A stretch of DNA of 64,000 bases. It comes from Minutocellus sp. GHC0000111 (Eukaryota). Made by a program: the position numbers and the translations under genes. The DNA lies in NCBI GenBank assembly GCA_977018835.1, contig OZ361257.1, positions 2,170,001 to 2,234,000 on the forward strand. The letters are read 5' to 3'. How positions within the stretch are numbered: position 1 is the stretch's first letter; each line of letters begins with the position of its first letter. Shown here piece by piece: positions 46,483-59,475 of the stretch. A model generated the notes under the pieces. The model saw only the letters and a list, made by a program, of their open reading frames with translations, did not search any database and was not told the origin of the DNA.

Positions 46483-49400
46483 TTGGCGCAGAGTGCCGCC
46501 GCCGCCGCTGCCGCCGCATCGGCAGCTGCCCCATCGGCACCTACAAGAACTGTACAACAAGAGGGGAGGGACCCGCTGCCGTCGTACCGCAAATCGGCGG
46601 CCCTGCACCGGCTGTGCCATGCCCTGGTCTCCTCGGGCCGGGTGCGGGAGGCGCAGATGCTGGAACGGGAGGAGTTGTCCTCGTTCCTCCGTGACTTGGA
46701 CAACAACAACAACGGCAATGACAACAACAACATCAATGGTAACAACAATAGCAGTGGTCGGCGGCTGATCTGCGCCGAGATCCACGCGGCGAGGTCCCTC
46801 CTGGCCACGGCCGGGGCGCTGGCGGAACGGTCCGACGTCGACGGGACCATCCACTGCCACGAGGAGCTCGTGAGCTTCCTCCTGGGGGACGACGCCAACG
46901 ACAATGACGACGGCGATGGCAACGACATTGACGACGATGATAATGATATTGGTGGTGCTGTTGGCGATGCCGGGGATCAGAACAGCCTCTTGGACGATGG
47001 TGGATCGGTGGATGAAAATAACAGCGACGATGCACGGCCGACGGAAGAAGACGCGAGTGTACATGATGATGCTGATGACGGCGGTCCACCGGCCATGATG
47101 AGTCCATCTTCTTCCGCCTCTTCCACCACTGCAGGAGAAAACGACAACGACAAGGACATCGGCGCTACCAGTGTTGCTACTGCTGGTCGTGCGCGCACCA
47201 CCGCACCGCTCTTTGTTACCATGAACGAGCATCAGAGGATGCGCCTGATATCCAACTCCCTCAACGCTCTGGGCAATTTGTACTCCCGCCGGGGGGACGA
47301 CGAGGATGCCATCGTGTCGTTCACCGACGCGTTGGATCTGCTCCGGTCCATCGAGGATCCCGTGGGGATCGTCGACGACGACCCGACCGCTACTAGTACC
47401 AACACTAACAGCCGCAACGGCAATGTTGGAGAGGATGTCCGAAATGACAATGACGATGATGATAACATCAACGCATCAGGGACAACAACGATTGACATTC
47501 GAGATGACATCGCTCGAACCCTCTTGAGCCTGTCGACGCTGCATGGGCGGAGAGGTGAGCTCGATGATGCCATCGAGTACGGCGAAGAGGCATTGGCGGT
47601 CCTTACGGAGCGGCATGGAGATTCCGATGCCAGGGAAGAAGAGGGCGAGGACGGACCCAACCGTCATCCCGCTGTCCTCTCTGCGTTGCATGCGCTGGGA
47701 CGGCTCTACGATCTCGACGGTGATTTTGACAATGCCATGGCATGCTACGAGGACTCGTTTCTTGGCAGGTGCAAAACCGTCGGCAGCGATGACATCTGTG
47801 TCGCAGATGTGTTGGTGGACATGTCGTCAGCTCTGCAGAGAACCGGAAACAACGTCGATGGCGCCTTGGAGCTGAATTCTCAGGCCCTTCGAATATACCG
47901 TCTCCTTTTGACGCAAGAGGACGGCGATGGACGTGCCGAAGGAGCAAATCATCGCGCGAACCAGCGGAAGTGTAAGGTCTGTCTGGCAGGAACGTTGCAG
48001 AATCGTGGTTCCATGTACATGGAGAAGAACAATTACGATGAGGCCCTCATTTGCTATGCAGATGCTATGGAAAGTCTTAGAGAAGCCAAGGGGGAGGACC
48101 ATCCCGACGTTGCTGCACTTTGGGCAGTCATGGGCGATGCGAACGTCGTCGGGGAAAGATTCGATGTGGCCAAGGATTGTTACGCTGCCGCACTTGAGGC
48201 TCATAGGATGAGAGGCCTGGAAGATACGGAGTCCCCGATACTGTGGATGCTCCAAAAGATAAGAGTCATCGAAGACATTGTGGCGAGTGCTCACAAGGAA
48301 GACGATGAATTCATTGAAGATCTTGCAACTCGTGCAGAAGATGTTCCTGAAGATGAACCAAGCCCGAGGAGATCAACGAAGGCGGCAGAGCAAGATGCCG
48401 GCGCAACGGTTAAGGCCGACCAAGATTTCCTGAATGAGTTTGCAACGACTGCCGGAAGTGAGTCCAAAGAATCTCCCCAGCAACGCGCCAAACGTCTTTT
48501 AGTGCAGCAGGAGGAAGATGCGCAATTTATGCGAGAGATCGATGCCGTATCGCCTCAAGACAATCGCCCCCCAAGCCGCACAAATGAGCAACTTTCTTCT
48601 CTTCTCCAAGAAGAACAAGCCTTCCTTGCTGAATTGGCCTCAGGTACCATGAGTGATGATGATCATAAAGATATCACTGCTGTAACCAGACAACAACCTC
48701 CAAAGCAGCCGATGCCAAATCTTAACAAAGAGTATTCGTTGAAGGAAAAGTCTCCGCCACAAGTGCGCTCTCCCAAAGGTCTCGAGCTTACTGAAGAGGT
48801 AGAATCCGTGGCGGGTCCAGCTGGAATAAAAGAAATCATCCCACAAGCCAGTGCGGATGATACAGTTTCTCTCATCACTTTCAAGGAGGAAGCAATGTTG
48901 AGCAATGCAGGAAATGGAAATGGAAAGCGCGGGCCTTCCCAACGGCAGAATATTCATCGCTCAAAGTATGGCAGCGGTAAGTCCCAGCAGGCAGATTGGC
49001 TGACGAATACTCTCGGTAACATTGTGGAACAGGCAGATAATTTTCTACGGCCGTTGGCAGAACATCCGCAGCAACAATCCAGAGATACTAGGCCTAGTAG
49101 CAGCTCCAATTCAAAGGGACAGGCCCCAATATCAGAGATTATTTTCTCTATTGGTGGGGATGGGCAAGAGATCGCGAGAACGAGGAGTGCTGACTCCGAC
49201 ATTACCGATGCCATGGACTTGTATGGCAGTAATCCCGTCTCTGGACCGCGTCGGATTCCAAATCAAGCTGCAGAGGAAGAGATTGGAGAAGAAATTGGAG
49301 TGAAAGTTGACGAATTGTTGGCACAGATGGCATCTGCCGAGGGAGACGGCACTTCTCCGGCAACCTCGGAAGGCCAAACTCTGGAACACCGAAAACCGAG

Positions 49401-51265
49401 GGAAGCACGCATATCGATATCAAGTCCAACATCGGCGGGAAGCAGCGGGGGCGCCGAGCACATCCAAGTATCTCCAACATCAGGAAAATCGCGCAAGGTT
49501 GCAAAGACAGCCGAGATAAAGGCTGCCAAGAAGGAGTTGAAGCGTCTAAAGGCTTCCAAAGGCACCGAGTCGGCAGAGGTTGCTGCCTGCCTCATGAGTC
49601 TTGGTAGTCTATTTATGGTCGAAGGCGATACCGATTCAGCATTCAATGTTTGGACGCAAGAACTGGAAGTTCGTCGAGCTGTCTACGGCGCAGGACACTT
49701 TGGTGTTGCGGACGTCCTCAATCGGATTGGAACTATTCGTCTGGAGCGTGATGAGTTTGAGCTTGTGAGTTACATTCCCCCACAATACTAGTATCCGGCT
49801 TTCTACATCACCTCATGCTTTTTGATTTGCTTTGACCACGTTCATCTCACCAATGAATATCACCTTGTTTCCTCTTTATATCTCACAGGCCAAGCATTGT
49901 CACACCCAGGCCCTCGAAATCCAGCAAGCATGCCTAGGAGAGAACGAGCACAACCCAGATGTCTCTAGGACTCTTGTTAACATTGGAAACGTCTACTATA
50001 AAGAAAGGAACTCCTTGTCAGCTATCAAATCTGGCGTTCACGACGCTCTCTATGACGACGTTGTCGAATCTGGCATGCTTTGCCGCGTTGTATTCGCCCA
50101 CGACGAAAGAGGAGAGTACCTTCGAGCTATCCATTTCTATGACGAACACGTCGAGCTTCTGAAATCTAGTGGCGAGAACAAGCACATTCCAGGAATAATT
50201 AACGCCCTGAATTGCCTCGGATCACTGAATAAGAAGATTGGACGATACGTCGAAGCATTGGACTATCACACCAAGGCACTGAATATGCAGCGAGCCGTAC
50301 CTAAGATCGCCAAGGTGGAGCTTGCGAATACTTCAGTACTTATTGGAATGGTTAAACACAAGGCCGGGCAATTCCAGAAAGCGCTATCGCTCTTTTCCGA
50401 TGCCCTGCCCGTGCAGCAGAAAGTCTACGGTAAGAAGCACTCGATTCCCGGAAGGACAATCTTCAACATGGCAGTGACATATGATGAGTTGGCCGACCAC
50501 AAGAAGGCCATGTCCTCACTTGAACAAGCTCTCTCTATCCAGAAGTCCGCGTTACCTCCCGATCATCCGGACACTCTCTCAACTCGAATGTATATTGCAC
50601 GGGTTCAATCGGCGGCAGGAAAGTTCGACTATGCTCTCACTACTTTGCTTGGAGTTCTCAATTCGCAGAAGCAGTTGTTTGGCCCGAAGCACCCACTCGT
50701 GGCGGATACCTTGCATCAGATTGGAATCTGTTATGCACGGAAGGGCAAGATGAATTCCGCGCTCAAAACCTACGAAGAATGCTTCTCCATACGAAAGGAG
50801 ATTCTCGGATATGACCATCCCGATATCGCTTCCTGCCTAAACTCCATTGCCGCGGTTCACGCCTCGAAGAAACGCAACGAGAAATCCCTTCCCATCTACG
50901 AAGCTGCCCTCAAGATCCGACGCGACGCTCTCGGTGATCAACACGTTGACGTTGCGAGGACACTCAGCAATCAGGGTGTTGCCTACGCAGCGCTGCGGGA
51001 CTTTGACCGAGCAATGGCTGTTTACAACGAAGCAAAAGCCATCCGGGAGGCCGCTTTGGGCGAGGCACACCCGGCCGTTGGCGACAGCCATGTCAACATT
51101 GGCAATGTCTTCCTGCGGAAATGCGCCTTCACCGATGCGAGGCGCGAATTTGAGTCCGCATTGCTGATCTACAAGAAGTCCAACCTACCCCCTGACGACC
51201 CCAAGCTAGCTAGAACAATGGCGGTCATCGAGAGAGTGAAGCGAGATGAAGAATTGTGTGTGTAG
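46483..51265 (+). CDS. Large TPR protein (kinesin light chain/NPHP3-type repeats); intron 49765-49888; start uncertain, possibly ATG 46355 with a frameshift
   Basis: Many HPDVA/HPDIA-type TPRs in two blocks; in-frame GT-AG intron. Confidence 0.85.
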
Positions 51266-51517
51266 AAAACACCTACCTAGCTGAGTACTAGCTAGCCAGG
51301 TACCGAATGAAGACTCGCGAGGAACTAGCTAGTAGCTTACTAGTACTGCCGGTAGTAGGAGTACGATCGTAACACAGTAATTATTTGATTGCAGCCGCAA
51401 GTAATCAGACTGCTTCATTAGGGAAGTATTTGAGAGAACGGTCCAATTGCAAAAAATCATATGCACCACACACACATACACGTACTCATTACATAATAGT
51501 AACATGATCAAACAAAA

Positions 51518-53396
51518 TTAGTCAAAGAAACTCATAAAGGCCGAAGCGATACCATAGTCATCGACACTAGTATCGCCCTTCTTTGCATCACTCTCGCTCT
51601 TCACACTTTGATCCTCCTCTTGGTTCTTGTTCTTCATGGACGCCGCCGCCTTTTCAACCGTCTCTTCTACTTTGTGACCTACATTTCGGAGTTCATTGAT
51701 AATCATTTTCGTATCGATGCCTTGCTCCTCTGCCAAGTAGCGAAGTTCTTTTGCAAAGGCCTTATGGTTCATGTCGAAGACGTTGGTGTAGATAGTGCAG
51801 CCCTCAAAGCTGAAGTCATCATCGTAGTCAAAATCGTTGAGAGTAGCAGTGGCATCATCGTCGAGATTTTCCTCGTTCAGGAAAGAGAGATGATTCTCAT
51901 CGCGCGCAACTTCGTTGCTGTCGGAAGATGTGGAAGGCCAAAATTCAACTGGAGGCTTTGATTTGAAGAAGACGGCGTAGCAGGTCCTTGTAAGTTCATA
52001 TCTTGCCTTAAGATCTTCGCCGACCGCAGCACTATTTTTTTATAGTACGCATCAACTATGGCAATATTAGACTTGCATCCCATTGACTGGCACACCTCGG
52101 CGTATAGGTCAGGGCACTTTTCCACAAGGATGCTGTGTGCGCAGTGGATCTTGAAACTAGGAACAAACGCCTGGTAGTTGTCCTGAACAAGCATTGCTAG
52201 GAAGCACAGCAGCTCATCCACTATGGTGTCGATGCTGGTGGAAGTGGAGAGAACAGTCTCCGTTGTGCCATATACGTCAATCTGGGCACTCAGAAGAGCA
52301 TTGATGAACGAAACATACAACGATGTGTTCCGAATCATCACCTTCTTGCCTGCGACGGCGCGCTCCTTGGCTCTTTCTGATCCCTTCGAGGCTTCAAGTA
52401 GGATATGGACCATGTCTCCGGAGACATTGTCTCCCTTCGGAGCGAACGAAACAAACGACTTGGTTTTCGATGGTTTGGCATGGTACCATTTGATTACCTT
52501 CACTCGCTTCCTGTCGATATGGCCTCGAACGATGGCCTGTAGAGGAACGATTGCAACTTCGGCGGCCTTTTTCCTATTGCGAATGATCATACCACGAGCA
52601 TATGCCTGCGCCAAGACAATCGATGAAATTTGAGCCTTGACGCGACGTCTGACCATGATGCCGCGAGCCAGCGATTGGATGCAAGCGGCCGACGCGAAGA
52701 TGTGTTGTGTCTTGATAGCCGAGTAGTTGCGCCGAGCAATCATACGACGAGACGCTGCCTGCAGCACAGTGGCTGCGTTGGCAAATGTGATTTCTTTGAT
52801 GCGACGCTCTTCCTCACGTTTTTCCGCGGCGGCGATGAAATCTGCCATCATCGTGGCTTCTTCTTCGATGTTTCCGAGGGCCTTCTGGGCCGTGGCGATG
52901 GAATTAGTAAGTAGTTCAAGATGAGAGGCTGCCTCCTGTTCCTTGCGAGCAATGGCGTCTCGATCAATCGCAGTGATTAGTGTTTTCTCACCATCAACCT
53001 TCTCCTCCCCGAGAGTCGGCACAGAGATTTCCTCACCGACGAAGGAATCAGCATCATCGCGAAGCTCATGCTCGACATCACGGATCGAAGAGCTCGGAGG
53101 GAGGTCTTTTCGGGTCGAGTTCTTCGGCGGGGGTGGAGGAGGCGCCACCTTGCCCTTGCCCTTGCGTTTGCTGCTCAAGCCTGTTTGTCAATTGGTGCCG
53201 TCCATTGCAAAGCGGGATTGAAAGATACGGAATGGAATGGGTGAGGTGAGAACATAAGATGAGTGTCGGTTCGACAAATCTAACGACAGTCAAGACAAGT
53301 GAACTGAATGATACCAGCAACATGGTAGTTTCAACTGCCCAATGAATACGTGTTGCATTCATGCCACTCACCGACAATGGAGCGGACGCCAACCAT
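51518..53396 (-). CDS. IQ-motif (calmodulin-binding) protein; exon 1 53396-53372, exon 2 from 53180; frameshift near 51885
   Basis: Four IQ motifs (LQAASRR, IQSLARG, AQAYARG, LQAIVRG); removing one TC unit joins the C-terminal ORF 51518-51772. Confidence 0.7.
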
Positions 53397-54172
53397 CTTA
53401 AGAGACGAATTGACCTTCATGGTTTGTTGTTGCCGACACTAGTACTATGTCGGGAGTACTGTGACCTTTCCAGCCGTTGACAATCTGTGTAGCGGCGGCA
53501 CGGTGGGCTACTTTATGCCTCCTAGCTCAGCTACGCAGCAGGCCTCTAGCTACTACGTCGTAGCCTAGGCCTAGAATCTCACGGCCCTGTGATGGTGCAC
53601 GTACGGCGAGTGCGAATCCAATAAATACTGACAAAATCATCAGGCCATCCCAACGCATGCAAATGTGGCACGATGCGCTTTGATGATTGGGTGATAACCA
53701 AACATAATGCGCTTTGGCATGCGTTGGATCTCGTCCCCTGGAAATTCATGGCGCGCAGCAGCTGTGTCCCGGAGACATTGACCGTTTGGTTGCATTTGGT
53801 TGCTTGGTTGTTACAAGTGGTAGACTCGTTCGACCGAAGCGTGATCTTCTTCTCTCTCGAGGTTGTATTCGAGAGGTCGAGGGTTGGTTGTGTACGTGTA
53901 CCGGTACACGTGCTGCGGTAGATTCTAGAGACTCTAGGCTAGCTACGTAGTAGTAGAGATAGCCTACATTTCATACCAATACATGAACCATCACGCTATT
54001 GTTAGATTCCTACTCAATTTTTTGCTCATGCAGGCATGCCGGTAATAATGCCGGTGTGGATCTACTTTTATATATAGATCTAGATCTACCGACCACCACC
54101 GCGCCACCACGACCATCACTCTTGACTGAACAGCAGACTCTGCATGTAAGCCTGCTCTCTTCTTCCAAAATT

Positions 54173-55129
54173 CTACAGGCTCCGATACTTTTCCATCAGA
54201 ACTCGGATTTCCTCATGTCCAGATTCGCTCCCATCACGGAATTTCTGAATCAATGACTGGAGTTCGGCATCAACCCTCTTCTTATTATCTCGAACTTCTC
54301 TCTTATTGGAAATGAATTTAGGGACACTTTTGCCCCCATCCCTTTCATCAATGCTTTCTTCGTCGAGCTCATGTTCTTCATGCTCCTCACGCTCCTCACC
54401 CTTTGTTGCCGCCAAAACATCACTTATGAGAGAGTCAAAAAAGTATTTCAGAGGAATCATATCTAGCCATGACGGCAGCTTCTCCTCTGCATTTTTTTCA
54501 TCATATCTCTTCCTCTGCATGGATAGAGCGGAGCCAGAGTTTTCGGAGATATTTGAAGCAGCAGATGATGAATTGAACGTTCCCAAGCTACATGCATCAT
54601 CGTCAGCATAGATGCGACCGATGTTTTGACGCAGAAGGTCAATGTCGATGTCGATGTCAGTTGTGCTGAACTCCTTTGCCCCACTGGCCCTTGCAATCGC
54701 AGCAAAGTGGAGCTGAACAAGCTCATTGAGATCGGACGGAAGTGCATGTGCACCCTCCCTCTTTTCCTCACTCCTCCTGCTCACTGTTTTACTTTTGGCG
54801 GCCTCAAAATTTGGCTCGATGCGTTGCTCTTCTTCTTGTGTGTCCACTTCTGGCTTTGGTGGGCCTGCACCAACCCGCTTTTTCTTCTCTGAAGCCAGTA
54901 TCTCATCCTTGCGCACAACAATACCTGAATCACCTTCTTCTCTATCCATATTCGACCCATCATCAGGCAAAGTTTTCAAGGCAAGCTCACGGAATTCTTT
55001 CGCAGATATTCCTCCATCAAGATAATCGAGGACGAAAGAGTCAATGGCCTTCATGTTTTGTTGGAGGGCGGCCGGTTGGGTGTCGACGTTTTCATTATCG
55101 TCTTGGTTGGAAGACCCAATCATCTTCAA
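54173..55129 (-). CDS. Hypothetical acidic protein
   Basis: 318-aa ORF with plausible composition; no recognised motif. Confidence 0.55.
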   Translation of the reverse strand: MKMIGSSNQDDNENVDTQPAALQQNMKAIDSFVLDYLDGGISAKEFRELALKTLPDDGSNMDREEGDSGIVVRKDEILASEKKKRVGAGPPKPEVDTQEEEQRIEPNFEAAKSKTVSRRSEEKREGAHALPSDLNELVQLHFAAIARASGAKEFSTTDIDIDIDLLRQNIGRIYADDDACSLGTFNSSSAASNISENSGSALSMQRKRYDEKNAEEKLPSWLDMIPLKYFFDSLISDVLAATKGEEREEHEEHELDEESIDERDGGKSVPKFISNKREVRDNKKRVDAELQSLIQKFRDGSESGHEEIRVLMEKYRSL

Positions 55130-55635
55130 CGAATATATGCTACGATTGAGATCGAGAAACGACAGGCAATGAATCCTCTGCCACCAACATTAACTTGCCT
55201 ACACGTATGGCAACTGCCGCAACCAACGGGTGAAGCGTTGAAAATGTGGCGGTGCGCCAAAGTGCAAAAATTACGACTGCTGAGAAAAAGTCGAAGAGTA
55301 GCGATGCGTATGCATGCCGATGCAAATAAGACAATGCTGCAATGCCTCCTCCTCTCGATATTGACAGCCCAAAAAGAGAAAGCACGACGTAATTGCAAGG
55401 AGCAAACTGTAGCTGAACAAACTGGTAGGAATTCCTATCTTCAAATTTTTGTCATCTAATATTTTTTCACATCTAATTTCAACAGTGACAGTGTCGGGCG
55501 TCTGGAAAACCATTCGACCTGTCTCGGGGGATTGTATGTAATATCTAGCTAGGAGTCCTATAAACAAATAAAACAGCTCGCATGCTATCTTTTCCGACGG
55601 CGCTATGCGCGTGCGCACTCTCTCATGGATGGCAT

Positions 55636-56745
55636 TCACATCTCACTCTTGGAAGCATTTGGCCTGTAGACGGACCTCATGAGATTGCGAACACTGCAGA
55701 GAGTTCCGAGCCAAGTACTGAACATTCCATTTCCAGCCTGCGCGAAGGGGCCAACAGCAGCAAGGAAGATAGCAGCAAAGACCCACATGAGTGCAAGGAC
55801 GATAGAAATGGTGAGGTCGAGGGTGGCGTTGACATTCTTTACGAATCCGAGGATCGCTGTGAGGAAGACCGAGAGCACAGCAGCCAAAAGGCCGTAGACG
55901 AAGTTGCCCTGGGTGAAGTTGCCCCAGTCTCCAAGCGATATGATGAGAACGACAGAGGAGAGGCCGATCATGCAGAGAGTTTTGTCCTTGTCGCTCTTTT
56001 CGGGGTCCTTCTTCTCATCAGTATAGGGAGGCACCAATGGGGCCAACCAGAGGAGCGAGCCGATGAATCCCAACCACGCGGCGAAATATCTGTGATCAAA
56101 ATTAAAACCAGAGCAAGAGCATTCGAGTTGTGTTGATTAAATTTGCACGCAAAAAGAGATTATACTGCATGATAAACAGCGACAAGCGCCACGATTATGC
56201 TCTTACCCGTTGGAGGCCTCGACATAGGGTCCCTTGAAGGTCATGACGCCAGTTCCAATCAACCACCAAAGTGCGTTGGACACGGCAAGAATTTTCTCAA
56301 TGGTAAATCCGGTCTTGCCGAAGAAGGAACGGGGCTCGACGAGAGTTCCTGGACGGCACTTTTCGATGACACGGATCGTCATGCACATGAGAAGAGTCAC
56401 GATCGCAACGCCGAGGGAGTAGTTGAGCAGCGTGGCGTTGAAGGTGGAAGCAAGGAAGAGGGATGCCTGGTCCTTCCAGTTCTTGTTATTGTTCTGTTCG
56501 CCGTCGTTTTTCAGGTAGCGTCCTCCTTCGCCGTTGAATCCGGCGAGCGAGGCCTCGGCGATGGTGTAGGAGCTGATGCCAATGAGAAGAATACATGCAC
56601 ACTCGATCAAAACGAGCTTCTCGCCGACGTGATCGGGTGGACCGGCCGGCTTCTTTGGCTTCTTCTCCTTCTTTTGCGCAGGTGCGGCCTGAGGGGTGGT
56701 TCCGGCCTCCATCTCAACGTAGGAATCATCTGATGTCATCGACAT
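55636..56745 (-). CDS. Polytopic membrane protein with a duplicated NG[YM]FxxW module; intron 56090-56206
   Basis: Two halves ending GPY..ASNGYFAAW and GPF..AGNGMFSTW; in-frame splice. Confidence 0.75.
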
Positions 56746-57328
56746 GGTGGTATACGATGATCAGTATTAGCAGGATATGTTCTGGAGCAGCTTGTGCTAA
56801 CGGTCGGTTGAATGAAAAAATGAGAGATCGAAGGATGGAGTCGATGCATGCGGTTCCTCGGCCGGCCACTCGCCGCCGGTCCCGATCAAACGGATGACAT
56901 GGCGCAACTTCTTGAGCCATCACGTGTACGTGTGGAGGCTTGCTTTTTTGGCGAACTCTTTCCTGCGCGTAAAAAGCCTTCCGAAGAGCCGGCACACAAA
57001 ACGGACGGTGATGGCAACGTCGGCCAACAACAAGTGCGCCATGTCGGGAAAGCAGAAGATCGCGCGCCCTTTCGCGCAACTACTTATCTCGCTGACGTTC
57101 GCATTGTGGGCTATTGGAATCCTCCTATCAGTGCAATTTTGCTTCCTCAACGCACGGGCACCGCGCAGCCATAACTACTTACTTGGTTTTGTGATTGTTT
57201 GCTCATTCTGCGTACAAAGCGAAGCACCAGAGAACCGAAGAGCGAGGCAATCTTACCTCTTCCATATTTCAAATCGAGCAGATCGATAGATCGATTGATT
57301 ACTTACCGTTGGCCAGGCGTATCTAATC

Positions 57329-58082
57329 ATGGCGACAAAGGCTGCGAAAACTCGTCGGTCGCTAGGTAAGTTTGCTTCAAAAGCCCCCGCCCCGCGCGAG
57401 ATATGACGCACTCCCGTCCGTTCATTTTGATGTATGTGGCTATTACTGCCCGCTGCCTCTGCCGCTATCCAACAACCCACGGAACTAATCTCTCACCACC
57501 ATACAATTGCATTATATTTATTCAGCGTCAAGACTAAGGGGCAAAGAGAAGGCGAAGTCGGTGCCTCCACCTCCCCCACCACGTCCCAAGACAAAAGCCG
57601 AGTCAGGCGCCGAGGAAAAAGAATCCGCAGCAACTGTTCCCAAGACAATCGATGCCCGTGACGACTCATCACTCAGCAGTGGATTGACAGATACTAGTTC
57701 CAGCAGTAGCGAGGCGTCGTTGAAGCTTCCGCCTCCACCTCCTCCTCGTCGAACGGGGTCGCTGGCGAAACACCCCGAGACCTTTGTCAAGGCCGTGGTT
57801 CTCCTTCAGGCCATGTTTCGTGGTCGGAAGGCAAGGAAGAAATATGCCCTAATGAGGTGGTACCGCGGTCTAGACAAGCCTTCCTCCTCTGCAAAGTCTA
57901 CATCTGCCATAAACTCTGGAAAGAAGGAAATTCAATCGGTCAACAGAAGTGTCTTTCTTTCTCACCCAGTTCCCAAGACGAAGACAACCGTCAAAACCGA
58001 GAAGGCTAGCCCTTCCGCTGGCAACATCATCTTTGCCCCCCGCTCCTCCGCCACTACGATCGTACACATTGTCCCTTCATAA
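57329..58082 (+). CDS. Short IQ-motif, proline-rich protein; exons 57329-57365 and 57526-58082
   Basis: LQAMFRGRKARK IQ motif; phase-1 GT-AG intron. Confidence 0.65.
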
Positions 58083-58266
58083 CCTGCACGTCTGATCAAA
58101 TAAATAAATAATCATCATTTGTATGTTAGAGCCAATTTAAGTTTTGAATATGCACATAAGTATTATACATGTAGCTTGTCTCTAGCTACGTAGCTAGGAA
58201 TTCACGCCATTCTGTCCATAAAAATACTTTTCATGTGCATAGCTAGTCTAGAAATCAAGACAATAT

Positions 58267-59475
58267 CTACGTCATTGAAGGGAGCTCCTTCACTTTCATT
58301 CGCAACACATTCTTCTTGACAAATTTCACCGACTTTCGAAGGAAAACCAAGGGATAAAACAGGAACACTTTCAAAGCAGTGCCAAGAACAGTGCGAAAGG
58401 AGTCGATACCAATAATGGCAGCCGCCTTGAACAATGATGACACGAAACCCATACTCGCCGCTCTCGTCTTTATTCCCCAAAGTATGGCCTTTGCACGCGA
58501 CAAGCCCCTTTGCTTATGCAATATCTTCATGGCAGACTTTCTTCGATTGGCTTGCTCACTAAAGAAAATCTTCGAGACGGGCAGTAGAATTTTTAGTAGA
58601 AGCGGTCTCTTCTTCTTGACTTCTGCTTTTGAAAGGGTATTGACTGCCACTGCGGGCATATTCTTGGCGCTGTTGGCGCTAAAGAAACCAATTTGCCGTA
58701 TCTGCAAATCAAAGAAGCCGGGGCGGAAGTTCTCCAGCTCAGTAGTATTCACGCCAATGACAAATTTGCTGAGAGACATGCCAATCTGATAAATCCCTCC
58801 AGTTACATTGAGTTTGGGGGCATCAGGAACCACGCGTGGACCACGTACCAGTTGAAAGTCATCAAAGGGCACAAAAACTCTACTAAAGTCCGAGCCTGCA
58901 GCCAATGGAAATGCCGCCTGGTACACCATCTCTCCCCGGCTGGTATCGGTCCGGCATGTGATCTTCCATACCCGCCGCTCGGGTTCGTCGTCACTGGCCA
59001 GCCGGCAGTCGACAAATATTCCATCGCTCCCGGCTGCATCAAGAGGTTCACGGAATGGGAGTGTGCGCATGCCACAGAAGCCTCCTCCGTCAGTCCGACA
59101 TATGCCACTCCAGCTCGCGTAGTCTTCGCTGGTGTCCTTCAATGCTGACAAAGAGATACCTCCCATGATGGCATCGTCGATGCGTTCAAAACTCATCGTG
59201 GCGTTGCCAGTCGCAAAATCAAACACCGTTTGTAGATTGGCGTCTGCTTCGGCAAGTGGTACAGTACTTGCGTCCCGTTCAGTACCAGGACTGCGGCGAT
59301 GAGGGTTAACTGGCAGCTCAGCACTATGGGCACGTCGAGGTCTGAACGTTACTCCCGACCCCAGCATATCGCGGCCAACACGTCGAGGCGCCTGGGATCG
59401 GGAGGAGAGAGGCGAGAATGAAATGCATGGTACGACAAGAAGCGCCGCCAAAGAAATAATGCAGTGCGTGACCAT
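58267..59475 (-). CDS. CIA30/NDUFAF1-domain protein, probably plastid-targeted
   Basis: DDAIMGGIS, GGGFCG and VPFDDF motifs; signal peptide then CIS-FSP. Confidence 0.85.
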   Translation of the reverse strand: MVTHCIISLAALLVVPCISFSPLSSRSQAPRRVGRDMLGSGVTFRPRRAHSAELPVNPHRRSPGTERDASTVPLAEADANLQTVFDFATGNATMSFERIDDAIMGGISLSALKDTSEDYASWSGICRTDGGGFCGMRTLPFREPLDAAGSDGIFVDCRLASDDEPERRVWKITCRTDTSRGEMVYQAAFPLAAGSDFSRVFVPFDDFQLVRGPRVVPDAPKLNVTGGIYQIGMSLSKFVIGVNTTELENFRPGFFDLQIRQIGFFSANSAKNMPAVAVNTLSKAEVKKKRPLLLKILLPVSKIFFSEQANRRKSAMKILHKQRGLSRAKAILWGIKTRAASMGFVSSLFKAAAIIGIDSFRTVLGTALKVFLFYPLVFLRKSVKFVKKNVLRMKVKELPSMT

